60,502 nucleotides of DNA, filler included, from Sandaracinaceae bacterium (GCA_947483975.1; 7 parts of 7 records of this genome joined end to end with filler, not necessarily neighbours in it); one strand, 5' to 3'. Counted from the first letter of the whole stretch, positions 1 to 9,592 are shown. Translations and numbers: made by a program. The notes: a model not told the origin generated them from the letters alone.

Positions 1-198
1 CGGGCGAGCCAGCCCGTCGCGCGCGACCCCGACCTGTCGGACCCGGAGATCATCCTGATCGGCGTCGGCGGGAGCGACGACGACGGGCCCGTCGTGCAGG
101 TCATCCCGGCGGAGAGCACGACGGAGGACGAGCTCGACGCTGTGACGGAGCTCGTCGACCTGACGCGCGGCGGCACGCGGCGCTCGTGGCTTCCCTGA
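1..198 (+). CDS. 3' fragment of a hypothetical protein (cut by window/contig edge)
   Basis: Frame 1 is open from base 1 to TGA at 196-198 with GC-rich third positions (…PEIILIGVGGSDDDGPVVQVIPAE…). Confidence 0.55.
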   Translation, partial: RASQPVARDPDLSDPEIILIGVGGSDDDGPVVQVIPAESTTEDELDAVTELVDLTRGGTRRSWLP

Positions 199-240
199 GC
201 TGCGCAGCGAGACGCTACAGAGCAACGCACTGCGCGGGCG

Positions 241-1140
241 TCAGCGCTTGGTCAGGCTCGTCTGCCAGCGGACGATGTACGTCGTGCTCTCGCCGACCGG
301 GCGATTGCCCGCGTCGCGCCGCGAGGCGTAGAGCCGCAGCTCGATGTTGCGCGTGCCGGCGTAGCCGTCGCGCGGGTCGACCGTCCAGCGGCCGCTGATG
401 TTGCCTGTGCCGCGGACCTTGTTGCGACCGACCTGCGTCTCGGGGAGCTCCGCGGTGCCCTCGACGTCGAAGCGCGCCTCGCGGTCCGTGCGCGCGCCGA
501 GCGTGTAGTCGAAGTGCAGGCGCAGGTCGCCGCGCGTGTCGCTCGAGAGCTCTTGATCGACGGTCGCGTCGGCCGTGCGGTGATCGCCGACGGCCATCTC
601 GGTCGAGCGATCGAGCGTGTCCTGTGTCAGCGAGAGCTGCGCGAGCGTGCGCAGCAGCGCCCCGTTGAAGCGGCTCGCGCCGACGATCTCGAGCTCGCCG
701 ACGGGCTCGCCGAGGTCGGTCTGCCGATAGCGGATCGTGGCGTCCTCGAGGTCGCGCTGCTCGCGCGTCGGCGTCGACGCGCGGCCATCGACGGTGCGCG
801 CGTAGCTGGTCAGCTTCTCGGACACCGAGAGGATGCCCTCGCGGTCGACGTCGTCGATCGTCACGGTGCGCTCGACCCGCACGATGGTCGTGTGGTCGCC
901 GACCTCGACGCTCGTCTCGTCGACGCGCCGGTAGGTGTCGCCGGCGGTGTGATGGCGCGGCAGGAGGCGCGTCTCGGTGCCGGGCGGCGGCCCCGCGTCG
1001 ACGGGCTCCGCGCGCGTCTCGACGTGCACGCCGTTCATGCGAATGCGCTGCGCGTCGGTCGGGCCCCCGCAGGCGGTGACGGTCAGCGCGAGGGCGACGA
1101 GGAGGACGCGGACGGTGAGGAGAGAAGTGCGGCGCGCCAT
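241..1140 (-). CDS. Hypothetical lipoprotein
   Basis: ATG at 1140; basic N-terminus, hydrophobic stretch and lipobox-like VTAC-GG; TATACT lies 9 nt upstream. Confidence 0.7.
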   Translation of the reverse strand: MARRTSLLTVRVLLVALALTVTACGGPTDAQRIRMNGVHVETRAEPVDAGPPPGTETRLLPRHHTAGDTYRRVDETSVEVGDHTTIVRVERTVTIDDVDREGILSVSEKLTSYARTVDGRASTPTREQRDLEDATIRYRQTDLGEPVGELEIVGASRFNGALLRTLAQLSLTQDTLDRSTEMAVGDHRTADATVDQELSSDTRGDLRLHFDYTLGARTDREARFDVEGTAELPETQVGRNKVRGTGNISGRWTVDPRDGYAGTRNIELRLYASRRDAGNRPVGESTTYIVRWQTSLTKR

Positions 1141-1161
1141 GGCCGCGGCAGTATACGCGCG

Positions 1162-1231
1162 GCGCGGCACGCGCCTAGAACGCTGCGCGGCACGCGCCTA
1201 GAACGCTGCGCGGCACGCGCACTAGAAGGCT
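1162..1231. repeat. 23-bp tandem repeat x3 (GCGCGGCACGCGCCTAGAACGCT)
   Basis: Exact copies at 1162-1184 and 1185-1207; a degenerate copy at 1208-1231 contains the TAG stop (minus strand, 1222-1224) of the adjacent gene. Confidence 0.9.
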
Positions 1232-1863
1232 GCGCAGCCCGAGGACCTGCGCGCCGGATAGAACGGCGGCGGCGTGACGGCGACGTGCGGGTTCGGCGGC
1301 GGCTCGAGGCAGCGCACGCGGCGGAACACGGTCGGGTCGTTGACCGAGCGCCCGCCGTCGTTGTTGACGCTCTGAAATTCCTGGAGCGCCGCGTCGATGC
1401 GCCCGGTGAAGTGGTCGAGGTTGTAGCGGTCCCAGCGGTCGCAGTAGATGTGCTCGATGCGGTACGAGGTCGCCCAGATCTCGATGCGCCCGTCGGGGAA
1501 CGTCTCACCGCGCCCCGTCATCGTGACGTTCCAGTGCTTCAGCCCCGCCGTGCACGTCGCGGGCGGCTCGGGCGTCGCGGGCGTGCCGTCCCAGCTGTGG
1601 TTCGCGATGTCGACGATCAGCTCGCTCGCGCTGCCCGGCTTGCGGCGCACGCGCAGCGAGAACATCGACCACTCGCCCCAGCGCGCGTCGTACGCGTGCG
1701 AGAGCCAGTCACCCTCGACGGAGTCGGTGCACACGCTCGGGTCGACGGGCGGCGGCAGGCGCGCGCGCTGCTCGGCGACGATGTCGGCGGGCGCCTTTCC
1801 GGCGACGGAGAGCACGGCGCCGGCGACGACGAAGGCTGCGAGGACGCGCGTGCGCCGGGACAC
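1222..1863 (-). CDS. Hypothetical secreted protein
   Basis: 213 aa with signal-peptide-like N-terminus and several Cys; starts 10 nt after the phosphatase stop. Confidence 0.7.
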   Translation of the reverse strand: MSRRTRVLAAFVVAGAVLSVAGKAPADIVAEQRARLPPPVDPSVCTDSVEGDWLSHAYDARWGEWSMFSLRVRRKPGSASELIVDIANHSWDGTPATPEPPATCTAGLKHWNVTMTGRGETFPDGRIEIWATSYRIEHIYCDRWDRYNLDHFTGRIDAALQEFQSVNNDGGRSVNDPTVFRRVRCLEPPPNPHVAVTPPPFYPARRSSGCAAF

Positions 1864-1873
1864 TCCAAGCCCC

Positions 1874-2626
1874 TCAGCGCGACTCGTAGACGCGCAGCGC
1901 CGGAAGCTCGAGCGCGGTGAGGAAGCCGCCCTTGCCGCAGCCCGTGTCGATCGCGGTCACCGCCTCGCCCGCCCAGAGATCCATCGGGTCCGCGGGCGTG
2001 TACGCCGAGAGCTCCTGCGGCAGGCAGTCGGTCGTCGTGTGCCCGACGACGACGCGCTTGCCGCGGTAGTCCGTGAAGAACGACGCCGTGCGCAGCCAGA
2101 GCAAGACGTCCTTCTTCGCGACGTCGCGCGGGTGCACGAACGCGCCGTCGAGCTGCGGCAGCCCGGCGTGCACGTAGATCGCGTGCTCGTCCTCGTACCA
2201 ATGGGGCAGCTGCGCGAACCACTCGAGGTGCTCCGGCGGGAAGAACACGCCGCCGAAGAGGTCCTCGAATTCGTCGGCGCGCGGCGGGTCGTCCTCGCCG
2301 GGAGGCGGCTCGCCTCGGTAGCTGCGCATCGTCTCGAGCGCGCCGTTGCTGCGCGGCATGATGAACTCGGGGAAGCCGCGCTCGCGCACGCGCAGCCAGG
2401 CGTCCTCGTGGTTGCCGCGGAGCGCGATCACCTCCGCCGGCGTCTCGTCGGGCAGCACCTTGCGCACGTACTCGACGACCTCCGCAGAGCTCGGCCCGCG
2501 ATCGACATAATCACCGAGGAAGACCAGGCGATCCTCGCTCGTCAGCGTCGGCAGCCGCCCGATCAGCGTGAACAACTGGTCGATGTCGCCGTGCACGTCG
2601 CCGATCACAAACGTTCGTCGCGTCAC
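1874..2626 (-). CDS. Metallophosphoesterase, PPP-family Ser/Thr protein phosphatase
   Basis: GDVHG, GDYVDRG and GNHE motifs, plus IYVHAG and IDTGC. GTG start at 2626 overlaps the GH92 stop (GTGA). Confidence 0.9.
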   Translation of the reverse strand: MTRRTFVIGDVHGDIDQLFTLIGRLPTLTSEDRLVFLGDYVDRGPSSAEVVEYVRKVLPDETPAEVIALRGNHEDAWLRVRERGFPEFIMPRSNGALETMRSYRGEPPPGEDDPPRADEFEDLFGGVFFPPEHLEWFAQLPHWYEDEHAIYVHAGLPQLDGAFVHPRDVAKKDVLLWLRTASFFTDYRGKRVVVGHTTTDCLPQELSAYTPADPMDLWAGEAVTAIDTGCGKGGFLTALELPALRVYESR

Positions 2627-4995
2627 TCGCTCCCCCAGGTCTCGGGTAGGTCGCTCATCTCGAGGTGCAGCGTGGCACCGTCCGCGATCTCTGCATGCGT
2701 GAAACGCGCGCGCGCGAGCGGCACGCCGTCGAGCGTCGCGTCCCGCACATACATCGCGGCGGCGCTCGCGTCGGGCGCCTCGATCGTGAAGTCGCCGCCC
2801 GGCAGGTGCATCACGACCTTCGTCAGCGTCGGGCTCCCGACGAGGTAGTCGGGCGCGCCCGCGAGCGTGTAGAAGCCGCTCATCGCGTAGACGAGCCACG
2901 CGCTCATCGTGCCGGCGTCGTCGTTGCCGGGCAGCCCATCGGGGCCGTCGCCGTAGCGGTTCTGCACGATCCAGCGCGTCCAGCGCTGCGTGCCCTCGGG
3001 GCGATCGAGCGCCGCGAACGTCCACGCGTAGTGCAGGTCCGGCTCGTTGCCTTGCCAGTAGTAGCGGTCGGGCCCGACGCCGCGCCGCGAGCCGCGCGTC
3101 TGCACGAAGAGATGCTCGAGGTCCGCGAGCAAGACGTCGCGCCCGCCCATCGCCGCCGCCATCCCGGGCAGGTCCTGCGGCACGTAGTACGTGTACTGCA
3201 TGACGTTGCCCTCGGCGTACCAGTCGCTCCAGTTGATGGTCGTCTCGACCACGGGGAAGGTGCCGGCGCGGTGCCGCCCGATCAGGTAGCCGCTCAGCGG
3301 ATCGAGCGTGTTGCGCCAGTTGCCCGCGCGCGCCTCGAACATCGCCGCGTCCGCCGTCTCGCCGAGCGCGTCGGCCATGCGCGCGAGCGCCCAGTCGTCG
3401 TACGCGTACTCGAGCGTCTCCGACACGCTCGCGCCGCCGGCCTCGAGCGGCACATAGCCGAGCGCGAGGTAGTCCGCGATCCCGCCGCGCCCGCCGTAGC
3501 GCGAGCCAGGGGGCGTCGGGCCCATCGCCGTCTCGCGCATCGAGTCGTACGCGGCGCGCAGGTCGAAGTCCGAGAGGCCCTTCGCGAGCGAGTCCGCGAA
3601 CACCACCGCCGCGCTCTCGCCGACCATGCCGCCGGTGTACGCGTACGCGAGCGGCCAAGAGTCGATGTAGCCGCCGTCGATCGCCATCTGCGCGAGCGAC
3701 TTCAAGAAGTCCGTCTGATGCTCGGGATAGAGCAGCGCGAGGAGCGGGTGCTCGGTGCGGAACGTGTCCCACAGCGAAAAGTCGCTGTAGTAGCGGAAGC
3801 CCGCCGCGACGTGCACCGCGCGGTCCATCCCGACGTAGCTGCCGTCGACGTCGGTCATCAGCGTCGGCATCAGCTGCGTGTGATAGAGCGCCGAATAAAA
3901 CAGGCGAAAGTCGCGCTCCGTGCGGCCCTCGACCTCGACGCGAGAGAGCGCCGTCTCCCAGACGTTCTCGGTCTCTGCGCGGGTCGCGTCGAAGTCGACG
4001 GTGGGCTGCTCGGCGTCGAGGTTCAGGCGCGCGTGCGCGAGGTCGACGAAGGAGATCGCGAGCGCCGCCTCGACGGGCGCGCCCGTCGGCACGTCGAAGC
4101 CGACGTACGCGCCGGTGTCGCCGCCGGTGCGCGTGTCCTCGCCTTCGACGAGCGCGCCGGCTTTCCACACGCCGTGCCGCGCGATCGGCTGCGAGAAGCG
4201 CGCGACGAAGTAGACCGGGATGCCGCCGACGCTCCCCGAGTAGCCGCCGACGAACGACGCGAAGCCCGACACCTCGCCCGCCGTCGCGTCCACGGTGACG
4301 CTGCCGTCCACGATCGTGACGTCGCCGACGCCGCCGAACGTGTGCCCGATGTCGAACATCGCGACGGCGTCGGCGCCGGGCGCCCAGGTCCAGCGGTGGA
4401 GCGCGACGTGATCCGTCGCGGTCAGCTCCACGCGGATGGGCGCCTCACCAGGCGCGACGCCGTCGAGCGTGACGGCGTAGTAGCCGGGCGACGCCTCTTC
4501 GCTGGCCTTCGAGAACGTCGCGGTGTGCCCCGCGCGCGGGAGGCGCGCGGCGGACATACCGGTCAGCGGCATCACGGCGACGGCGCCGTAGTCGACGATG
4601 CCGACGCCGTTCATGCGGGTGTGGCTGAAGCCGAAGATCTCGAGGTCGTCCGCGTAGTAGCCGGCGCAGTGGTAGAAGCTCGCCGCGCCGCCGTGCGAGG
4701 ACGTGTCGGGGCCGGGCTTGACCATGCCGAACGGGCGCTGCGGCCCAGGGTAGGCGTTGCCCACCGAGTAGCCGACGCCGCCCGAGCCGATGCGCGGGTC
4801 GACCCACTGGCGCAGGGGCAGCGCGGCGGCGTGCGCGGGCGGAGGCGGCCCGAGGTCGACGCCGAGATCGACGCCGGCGTCCGGCGCGCCCGCGTCGAGG
4901 GGCGCCGCGTCGTCGTCGCCGCACGCAGAGAGCGCGAGCGCGAGGAGCGCGGAGCAGACGAGCACGACCGACGACTGCGCGGCGCGGCTAGGCAT
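2623..4995 (-). CDS. GH92 alpha-1,2-mannosidase family lipoprotein
   Basis: Motifs PFGMVKPGPDT, GFSHT, EEASPGYY, FSLWDTFR, TLEYAYDD, EGN, QGNEP, PGNDDAGTMSAW; lipobox LSAC-GDDD after ATG 4995. Confidence 0.92.
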   Translation of the reverse strand: MPSRAAQSSVVLVCSALLALALSACGDDDAAPLDAGAPDAGVDLGVDLGPPPPAHAAALPLRQWVDPRIGSGGVGYSVGNAYPGPQRPFGMVKPGPDTSSHGGAASFYHCAGYYADDLEIFGFSHTRMNGVGIVDYGAVAVMPLTGMSAARLPRAGHTATFSKASEEASPGYYAVTLDGVAPGEAPIRVELTATDHVALHRWTWAPGADAVAMFDIGHTFGGVGDVTIVDGSVTVDATAGEVSGFASFVGGYSGSVGGIPVYFVARFSQPIARHGVWKAGALVEGEDTRTGGDTGAYVGFDVPTGAPVEAALAISFVDLAHARLNLDAEQPTVDFDATRAETENVWETALSRVEVEGRTERDFRLFYSALYHTQLMPTLMTDVDGSYVGMDRAVHVAAGFRYYSDFSLWDTFRTEHPLLALLYPEHQTDFLKSLAQMAIDGGYIDSWPLAYAYTGGMVGESAAVVFADSLAKGLSDFDLRAAYDSMRETAMGPTPPGSRYGGRGGIADYLALGYVPLEAGGASVSETLEYAYDDWALARMADALGETADAAMFEARAGNWRNTLDPLSGYLIGRHRAGTFPVVETTINWSDWYAEGNVMQYTYYVPQDLPGMAAAMGGRDVLLADLEHLFVQTRGSRRGVGPDRYYWQGNEPDLHYAWTFAALDRPEGTQRWTRWIVQNRYGDGPDGLPGNDDAGTMSAWLVYAMSGFYTLAGAPDYLVGSPTLTKVVMHLPGGDFTIEAPDASAAAMYVRDATLDGVPLARARFTHAEIADGATLHLEMSDLPETWGSE

Positions 4996-5083
4996 CGGGC
5001 GCGAGTCTACCGGACGTGCCCGAGGGCGCGAAGCGCGGCGCCGCTGGTTTGCCGCGGAGCCCGCCTGAGCTACAGCCGCCTCG

Positions 5084-5728
5084 ATGACCGACGACGCGAG
5101 CGCGAAGCCCACCCCCCCGCGCGCGACGGCCGCCAACGCCCGCAAGGTCACGGCGATCCTCGCGCTGATGTCGAGCGTCGTGCCGCTCTCGCTCTACGCC
5201 TACGACGTCGAGCGCAACGTGCACGCGCGCCGCGTGCTCGAGAAGGCGTGTCGGGAGGTCCGCGAAGAGACCGACGCGCGCCTCTCGCCGGACCTCGTGC
5301 GGACGCTCTTCGAGGGCGACGCGCCCGTCGTGGTCGCCGCGCTCCACGAGAGCGTCGAGCGCCCGTGCAGCGAGGCCCGCGAGCGCCTCAGCTTCTGGCA
5401 GTGGAACATCCTCCGCCCGTACGCGCTCCCCCGCGACCCCGCGCAGGTCGCGCGGCTGACCGCCGCCCTCGACCGCGCCAAGGCGCGCTGCCCGCAGCTG
5501 ATGGCGCAGGCGTTCGCGGAGATGCCCGGGCACGTCGACCCGGCGCGCTCCGCCGCGGCCGCCGCCGAAGCCTGCGCGCCGCTCGACGAGGGCGCGCGCA
5601 AGCTCTCGTTCATCCCGGAGGAGCGCTACAACGCGTGGCAGTGGGCGTCCCGCATGGCGGCCGTCGCCGAGTCGCTCCGGCCGCCTGAGCGAGCGGCGCA
5701 CGCAGGTCCGAGCCCCGCGCCCCGCTGA
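5084..5728 (+). CDS. Hypothetical membrane-anchored protein
   Basis: 214-aa ORF with one N-terminal hydrophobic helix and typical codon bias. Confidence 0.65.
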   Translation: MTDDASAKPTPPRATAANARKVTAILALMSSVVPLSLYAYDVERNVHARRVLEKACREVREETDARLSPDLVRTLFEGDAPVVVAALHESVERPCSEARERLSFWQWNILRPYALPRDPAQVARLTAALDRAKARCPQLMAQAFAEMPGHVDPARSAAAAAEACAPLDEGARKLSFIPEERYNAWQWASRMAAVAESLRPPERAAHAGPSPAPR

Positions 5729-5760
5729 CACGCGCCCCGCTGACACGCGCCCCGCTGAGA
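5716..5760 (+). repeat. 15-bp tandem repeat x3 (CGCGCCCCGCTGACA)
   Basis: Copies at 5716-5730, 5731-5745 and 5746-5760 (last has one mismatch). The first copy contains the TGA stop at 5726-5728. Confidence 0.9.
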
Positions 5761-5774
5761 CCTGCCCCGCGCCG

Positions 5775-6419
5775 TCAGGCGAAGAAGCGCCGCACGTCCT
5801 CGCGCCGCAGCATGACGCTGCCCGTGACGTAGTAGGCGACCTTCACGAGCGCCCAGAGCAGCAGCACGACGATGCCCGCCGCGGTCGCGCCGCCCATCAC
5901 GGCGCCCATCGTCTGCCCCATGCCGGGGACGGGCGGTCTGCCGTGCTGCGCGGTCTCCATCGCGCGCGCCATGAAGCGCCGCGTGATGTCCGACATCTGA
6001 AACTGCATGAACGCCTCGACCGCGCCGCGCGCTAGCTCGAAGAGCGTCCCGAAGGCGAACGTCCCGAGCAGCATCACGCGCCCCACGTCCTTGCCCGCGA
6101 GCGCGAGCGCCCCGCCGAGGATGCACAGGAGCGCGACGAAGAGCTGCAGCACGACCGCGCCCCCCGTGAACGGCGCCCAGCTGCGCTGAAACGCGACCAG
6201 CTCCGCCTGCATCACGAGCTGGTCGTAGACCGCCGGGTCGTCCGCGGAGCGCCCGACGCTCGCCAGCCGCTGGCTGGCGGCCTGCATCCGGTCGCTGACG
6301 ACGAGCCCGAAGCCCGCGTAGAGCCCGCAGCAGCTCGAGAGCACGCCGAGCACGATCGCGACGACGGCGACGACGGTGAGGGCGGTGGGGCGTGAAGGCG
6401 GAGCGCCGTAGTCCTGCAT
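5775..6419 (-). CDS. Hypothetical integral membrane protein (about 4 TM)
   Basis: Four hydrophobic segments. ATG 6419 is preferred to GTG 6431 because TGgTAGCGT sits 10 nt upstream of it. Confidence 0.7.
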   Translation of the reverse strand: MQDYGAPPSRPTALTVVAVVAIVLGVLSSCCGLYAGFGLVVSDRMQAASQRLASVGRSADDPAVYDQLVMQAELVAFQRSWAPFTGGAVVLQLFVALLCILGGALALAGKDVGRVMLLGTFAFGTLFELARGAVEAFMQFQMSDITRRFMARAMETAQHGRPPVPGMGQTMGAVMGGATAAGIVVLLLWALVKVAYYVTGSVMLRREDVRRFFA

Positions 6420-6437
6420 GGTGCCCGGCACGCTACC

Positions 6438-6905
6438 ATGACGCCCCCGGTCGGGGACTTCAGCTCACCCGCGAACGTCCGTATGTTCGCTTACATGCGG
6501 AGCACCCCGCCGACGCCGCACACCTGGCTGCCGCAGCCGCTCCACCGCGTGCTGGTCGTCACCGTCGATCAGGGGCTCGCCGACGCCCTCGCCGAGGCGC
6601 TCGCCGTGTGGGGCTACGCCACCGCGCACGTCACGAGCACCGAGGAGGCGATCGTCGCCTGCGAGGTCCTGCACCCGTCGATCGTGCTCCTCGACCTGCT
6701 CGGGGACGCCGCCCTGACGAGCCTGCTCGGCGCGCTGCACTCCGTCCTGCGTCGGGACACGCCGCCGATGGTCGTGCTCAGCGAGGAGCCGCCCCGGACC
6801 CGCCGCGGCGAGGACGTCGTCACCGTGCAGACGCCGTTCGTGATGGAGGACCTGCAGCTCGCGCTCGAAGAGGCCTGCCGCGACGGGCGGATGCTGGTGC
6901 ACTGA
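6438..6905 (+). CDS. Single-domain response regulator receiver (atypical)
   Basis: RVLVV…GY…EEAI…PSIVLLD…PMVVLS…PF receiver pattern. The true start may be later (e.g. 6483 or 6495). Confidence 0.7.
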   Translation: MTPPVGDFSSPANVRMFAYMRSTPPTPHTWLPQPLHRVLVVTVDQGLADALAEALAVWGYATAHVTSTEEAIVACEVLHPSIVLLDLLGDAALTSLLGALHSVLRRDTPPMVVLSEEPPRTRRGEDVVTVQTPFVMEDLQLALEEACRDGRMLVH

Positions 6906-6975
6906 GTCGGCGGGCGGGTGGGCGCGCCGGGGCGTCGTCGGAGACGGCGAGCTCCAACGGCTCGACCAACTCCGC

Positions 6976-8629
6976 TCAGCGAGCCTCGATCGCCATCGCG
7001 ACGAGGTGCCGCGCCGCCATCACCTCGTCGCCGTCGCGGGCGCTGACCGAATCGACCTCGGGGAAGAGCGCGCCCGCGATGCTGCGAGCGTCGGCGTCCC
7101 CGCCGCGCGTCGAGAGGATGTGGAGGTACTCGTAGTCCTCGAGCCCTTCGCGGATCAGCGCCATCCGGAGCGACGCGATGGGGATGTCGTCCATCCCGCC
7201 GATGCGCTCCGTCGTGCCCGGGTAGAACAGCGTGCCGTCCCCGGCGCCCGAGAACGCGCACTGATCGTCCCACGCCGTCGCGAGGGCGTAGGTCATGTCG
7301 AAGTAGAGCTCCCCGCTGATGTCGTGCGTGAACGAGAGCCACTCCATCGCGCGGTTCTGCACCGCCGACGCGTCGATGACGTACGACGGAAAGCCGCGCA
7401 CGTCCTCGCCGGCGTTGCCGCAGACGCCGCGGTCCCCGCCGCAGCCGTGCGACATACACGACTGATACCAGAAGAGCATTCGGCGCGGGTCCCCGCCGAG
7501 CCAGGCGTCGTACGCCGAGCGCGGCTGGTACGGATAGTCCGCGTCGAGCGGGCGCGTGTAGTTGATGATCGGGACGAGGATATCGACCGCGCTCGCGAAG
7601 CCGTTGGGCTCGGCGTACCGCAGCTGCGCGGTGACGAGCGGCCGCACCTCCCCGGCGCGCACGATGGCCGCGCGGTCGGTGATCGTGGGGCAGGCGCCGG
7701 TCCCTGGGCAGGTGCCCTGCGACTCGGGCTCGTCCTTCGTGTAGTCGAAGATCGTCGCGCCCCAGCCGCGCGTCCGTAGGTGATCGGACATCAGCTGCGC
7801 GCGCGCCGTGCTCGGCGGGCCGTTGAACTCGACGCGGAACGTCGTCAGCGCCGAGCCCACGAGGTGTCGCGGCGCCGTCCCGTCGAAGAGCCCGCCGTAG
7901 AGCGCGTCGAAGTGCGGCAGGTCGGCGGCCGTCCGCGGGCCGACGTAGGTGCCCGCGAGGCTGATGCGGTACTCGAGCGCGAGCTGCATGTAGAGCTGCC
8001 GATAGTACTCGGTCATCCGGTCGCCGTTGCCGGCCGGGTCGCTGTCGGCGCACGCGCGCCAAGCGGTGCCCGTCCACGGGCCGTCGTGGTGCGCGACGCA
8101 GGGGTCGTCGCCCGGCCCGCCGAAGGTCGTCCGCAGCGTGGGCGTCGACGGGAGCGCGAAGTCGAAGACGTGCAGCGTCACGGGCACGCGCGCGGACTCG
8201 CCGTCCGAGACCACGTCGACCGCGCCGACCCAATCGCCGGGCGCCGCGTCGGCGGGGACGAGCACGTCGATCCAGACGGCGCGCAGCTCGCCCGCCGGCA
8301 CCGCGAGCGGCAGCGCGCTGCGGGGCTGCTCGAACAAGAGGTCGACCGCCGGCACGAGCGCGTCGGGCCACGGGCCAGCCGCGCCCTCGACGCTCGACGG
8401 CGAGCGCACGTCGATCAAGCGCTCAGCGTAGACGAAGAGCTGGCTCGCCGGGATGCTCGCGCCGCCCGGCCCGGTCAGCGCGCTCGGCGCGACGCTCGTG
8501 ATCGTGCGCCCGCTCGCCGCGCCGTCGAACGCGAGCTGGAACGGCTCCCACTCGTTGCGCGCGGCCTCGAGGTGCACCGCGCGCCCGCTCGGCAGCGCGC
8601 TCGTCGGCCGCAGCTTCACGGTGCCGTGC
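6976..8629 (-). CDS. DUF4091 / GH123-like glycoside hydrolase (5' truncated)
   Basis: AARNEWEPFQ, DYTKDEP, GDGTLFYPG, SLRMALIREGLEDYEYL motifs; open to the contig edge. Confidence 0.75.
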
Positions 8630-8729
8630 NNNNNNNNNNNNNNNNNNNNNNNNNNNNNNNNNNNNNNNNNNNNTTAATTAATTAANNNNNNNNNNNNNNN
8701 NNNNNNNNNNNNNNNNNNNNNNNNNNNNN
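8630..8729. other. Artificial contig-join spacer
   Basis: 100 nt of N with central TTAATTAATTAA (stops in all six frames). Confidence 0.98.
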
Positions 8730-8755
8730 CCGTCCGCTACCCGGAGGCTGCGTAA
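8730..8755 (+). CDS. Probable C-terminal tail of the intron-encoded RT/maturase (…VRYPEAA*)
   Basis: Only 7 codons plus TAA are visible. The call rests on its position about 25 nt before domain V, where intron ORFs end. Confidence 0.5.
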
Positions 8756-8875
8756 TGCTGTGTCCCGAGAGACCATCGGTAAGCCGTGTGCGGGAAATCC
8801 GCACGCACGGTTTGAAAGGGGGTCCTGCCCTTTCACTGATGAACTTCATCAAATGAAAGAGCAGGATCTACCAAT
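8730..8875 (+). mobile_element. 3' end of a group II intron (end of intron ORF, domain V, domain VI)
   Basis: Domain V hairpin AAGCCGTGTGCGGGAAATCCGCACGCACGGTTT (8781-8813) with AGC triad, GAAA loop and AC bulge. Domain VI: GGGGGTCCTGC…GCAGGATCT-A-CC with bulged A8870, ending AAT at 8875. Confidence 0.9.
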
Positions 8876-9566
8876 GACCTCTTCGACTCTGCGCCTCGGG
8901 CTGCTCCTCTCGCTCGCCCTTTCTTCCCTCTCGCTCGGCTGTGGAGGCGACGACGCACCGCCCGTCGGCGTCGACGGCGGGCACGACGCGGGCGCTGACG
9001 CCGGCTCAGACGTCGACGCCGGCGCGGACGTCGACGCGGGTGCGGACGTGGACTCCGGCAGCGAGGTCGACGCGGGCACGGACGCCGGTGCGCCCGACGC
9101 CGGGCCGGTCATCAGCTGCACGGGCGCTGGCGACTCGACGTTCCCGAGCTTCGCGCGCAGCTGCACGCTGGCGACGGACTGCGCGGTCGTCGAGCACCAG
9201 CTCAACTGCTGCGGCACCCTCGTGGCGCTCGGGGTCCGCGCGGACGCGCAGAGCGCGTTCGACGCCTCCGAGGCGGTCTGCCGCGGGATGTACCCGAGCT
9301 GCCGCTGCCCGGCGCTCACGACCGCCGCCGACGACGGCACCGTGGCTGACGGCGTGCACCCGGTGCGCGTCGACTGCCTCGCCGGGCTCTGCACGTCGAC
9401 CTACACGGCGGGCAGCGGCGATGTCTGCGTGCCGGGTGCCGCCGCCTGCGGGGCTGGCCTCTCGTGCTGCTATCCGTGCGGCATTCCCGGCTGCGAGAAC
9501 CGCTGCGAGCCGACCTGCGCGCCGGGCACCCCGGGCTGCAGCGGCGGCTGCTTCCTGCGTCCGTAG
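8874..9566 (+). CDS. Cys-rich lipoprotein with DAG-repeat linker
   Basis: ATG 8874 gives a signal peptide MTSSTLRLGLLLSLALSSLSLG-C-GGDD, then (D/V)DAG repeats and many Cys, ending in a CCYPCG…C module. Confidence 0.8.
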   Translation: MTSSTLRLGLLLSLALSSLSLGCGGDDAPPVGVDGGHDAGADAGSDVDAGADVDAGADVDSGSEVDAGTDAGAPDAGPVISCTGAGDSTFPSFARSCTLATDCAVVEHQLNCCGTLVALGVRADAQSAFDASEAVCRGMYPSCRCPALTTAADDGTVADGVHPVRVDCLAGLCTSTYTAGSGDVCVPGAAACGAGLSCCYPCGIPGCENRCEPTCAPGTPGCSGGCFLRP

Positions 9567-9592
9567 CGCGTCGGCTCGTCGTTCGGTCGAGG

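Noticed and set aside
1162..1231. Possible mini-CRISPR array (also 5716-5760 and 55889-55928)
   Set aside because: Units are head-to-tail with no unique spacers, and no cas genes are present.
2665..5688. Very long alternative-frame ORFs (e.g. 2665..5688+, 13379..16534-, 55017..57899-, 29034..31475-)
   Set aside because: They are Arg/Ala-rich shadow ORFs opposite well-supported genes, as expected when high GC makes stops scarce.
8760..8873. N-terminal extension MSRETIGKPCAGNPHARFERGS… in the ORF track
   Set aside because: It is a translation of intron domains V and VI; the signal peptide begins at ATG 8874.
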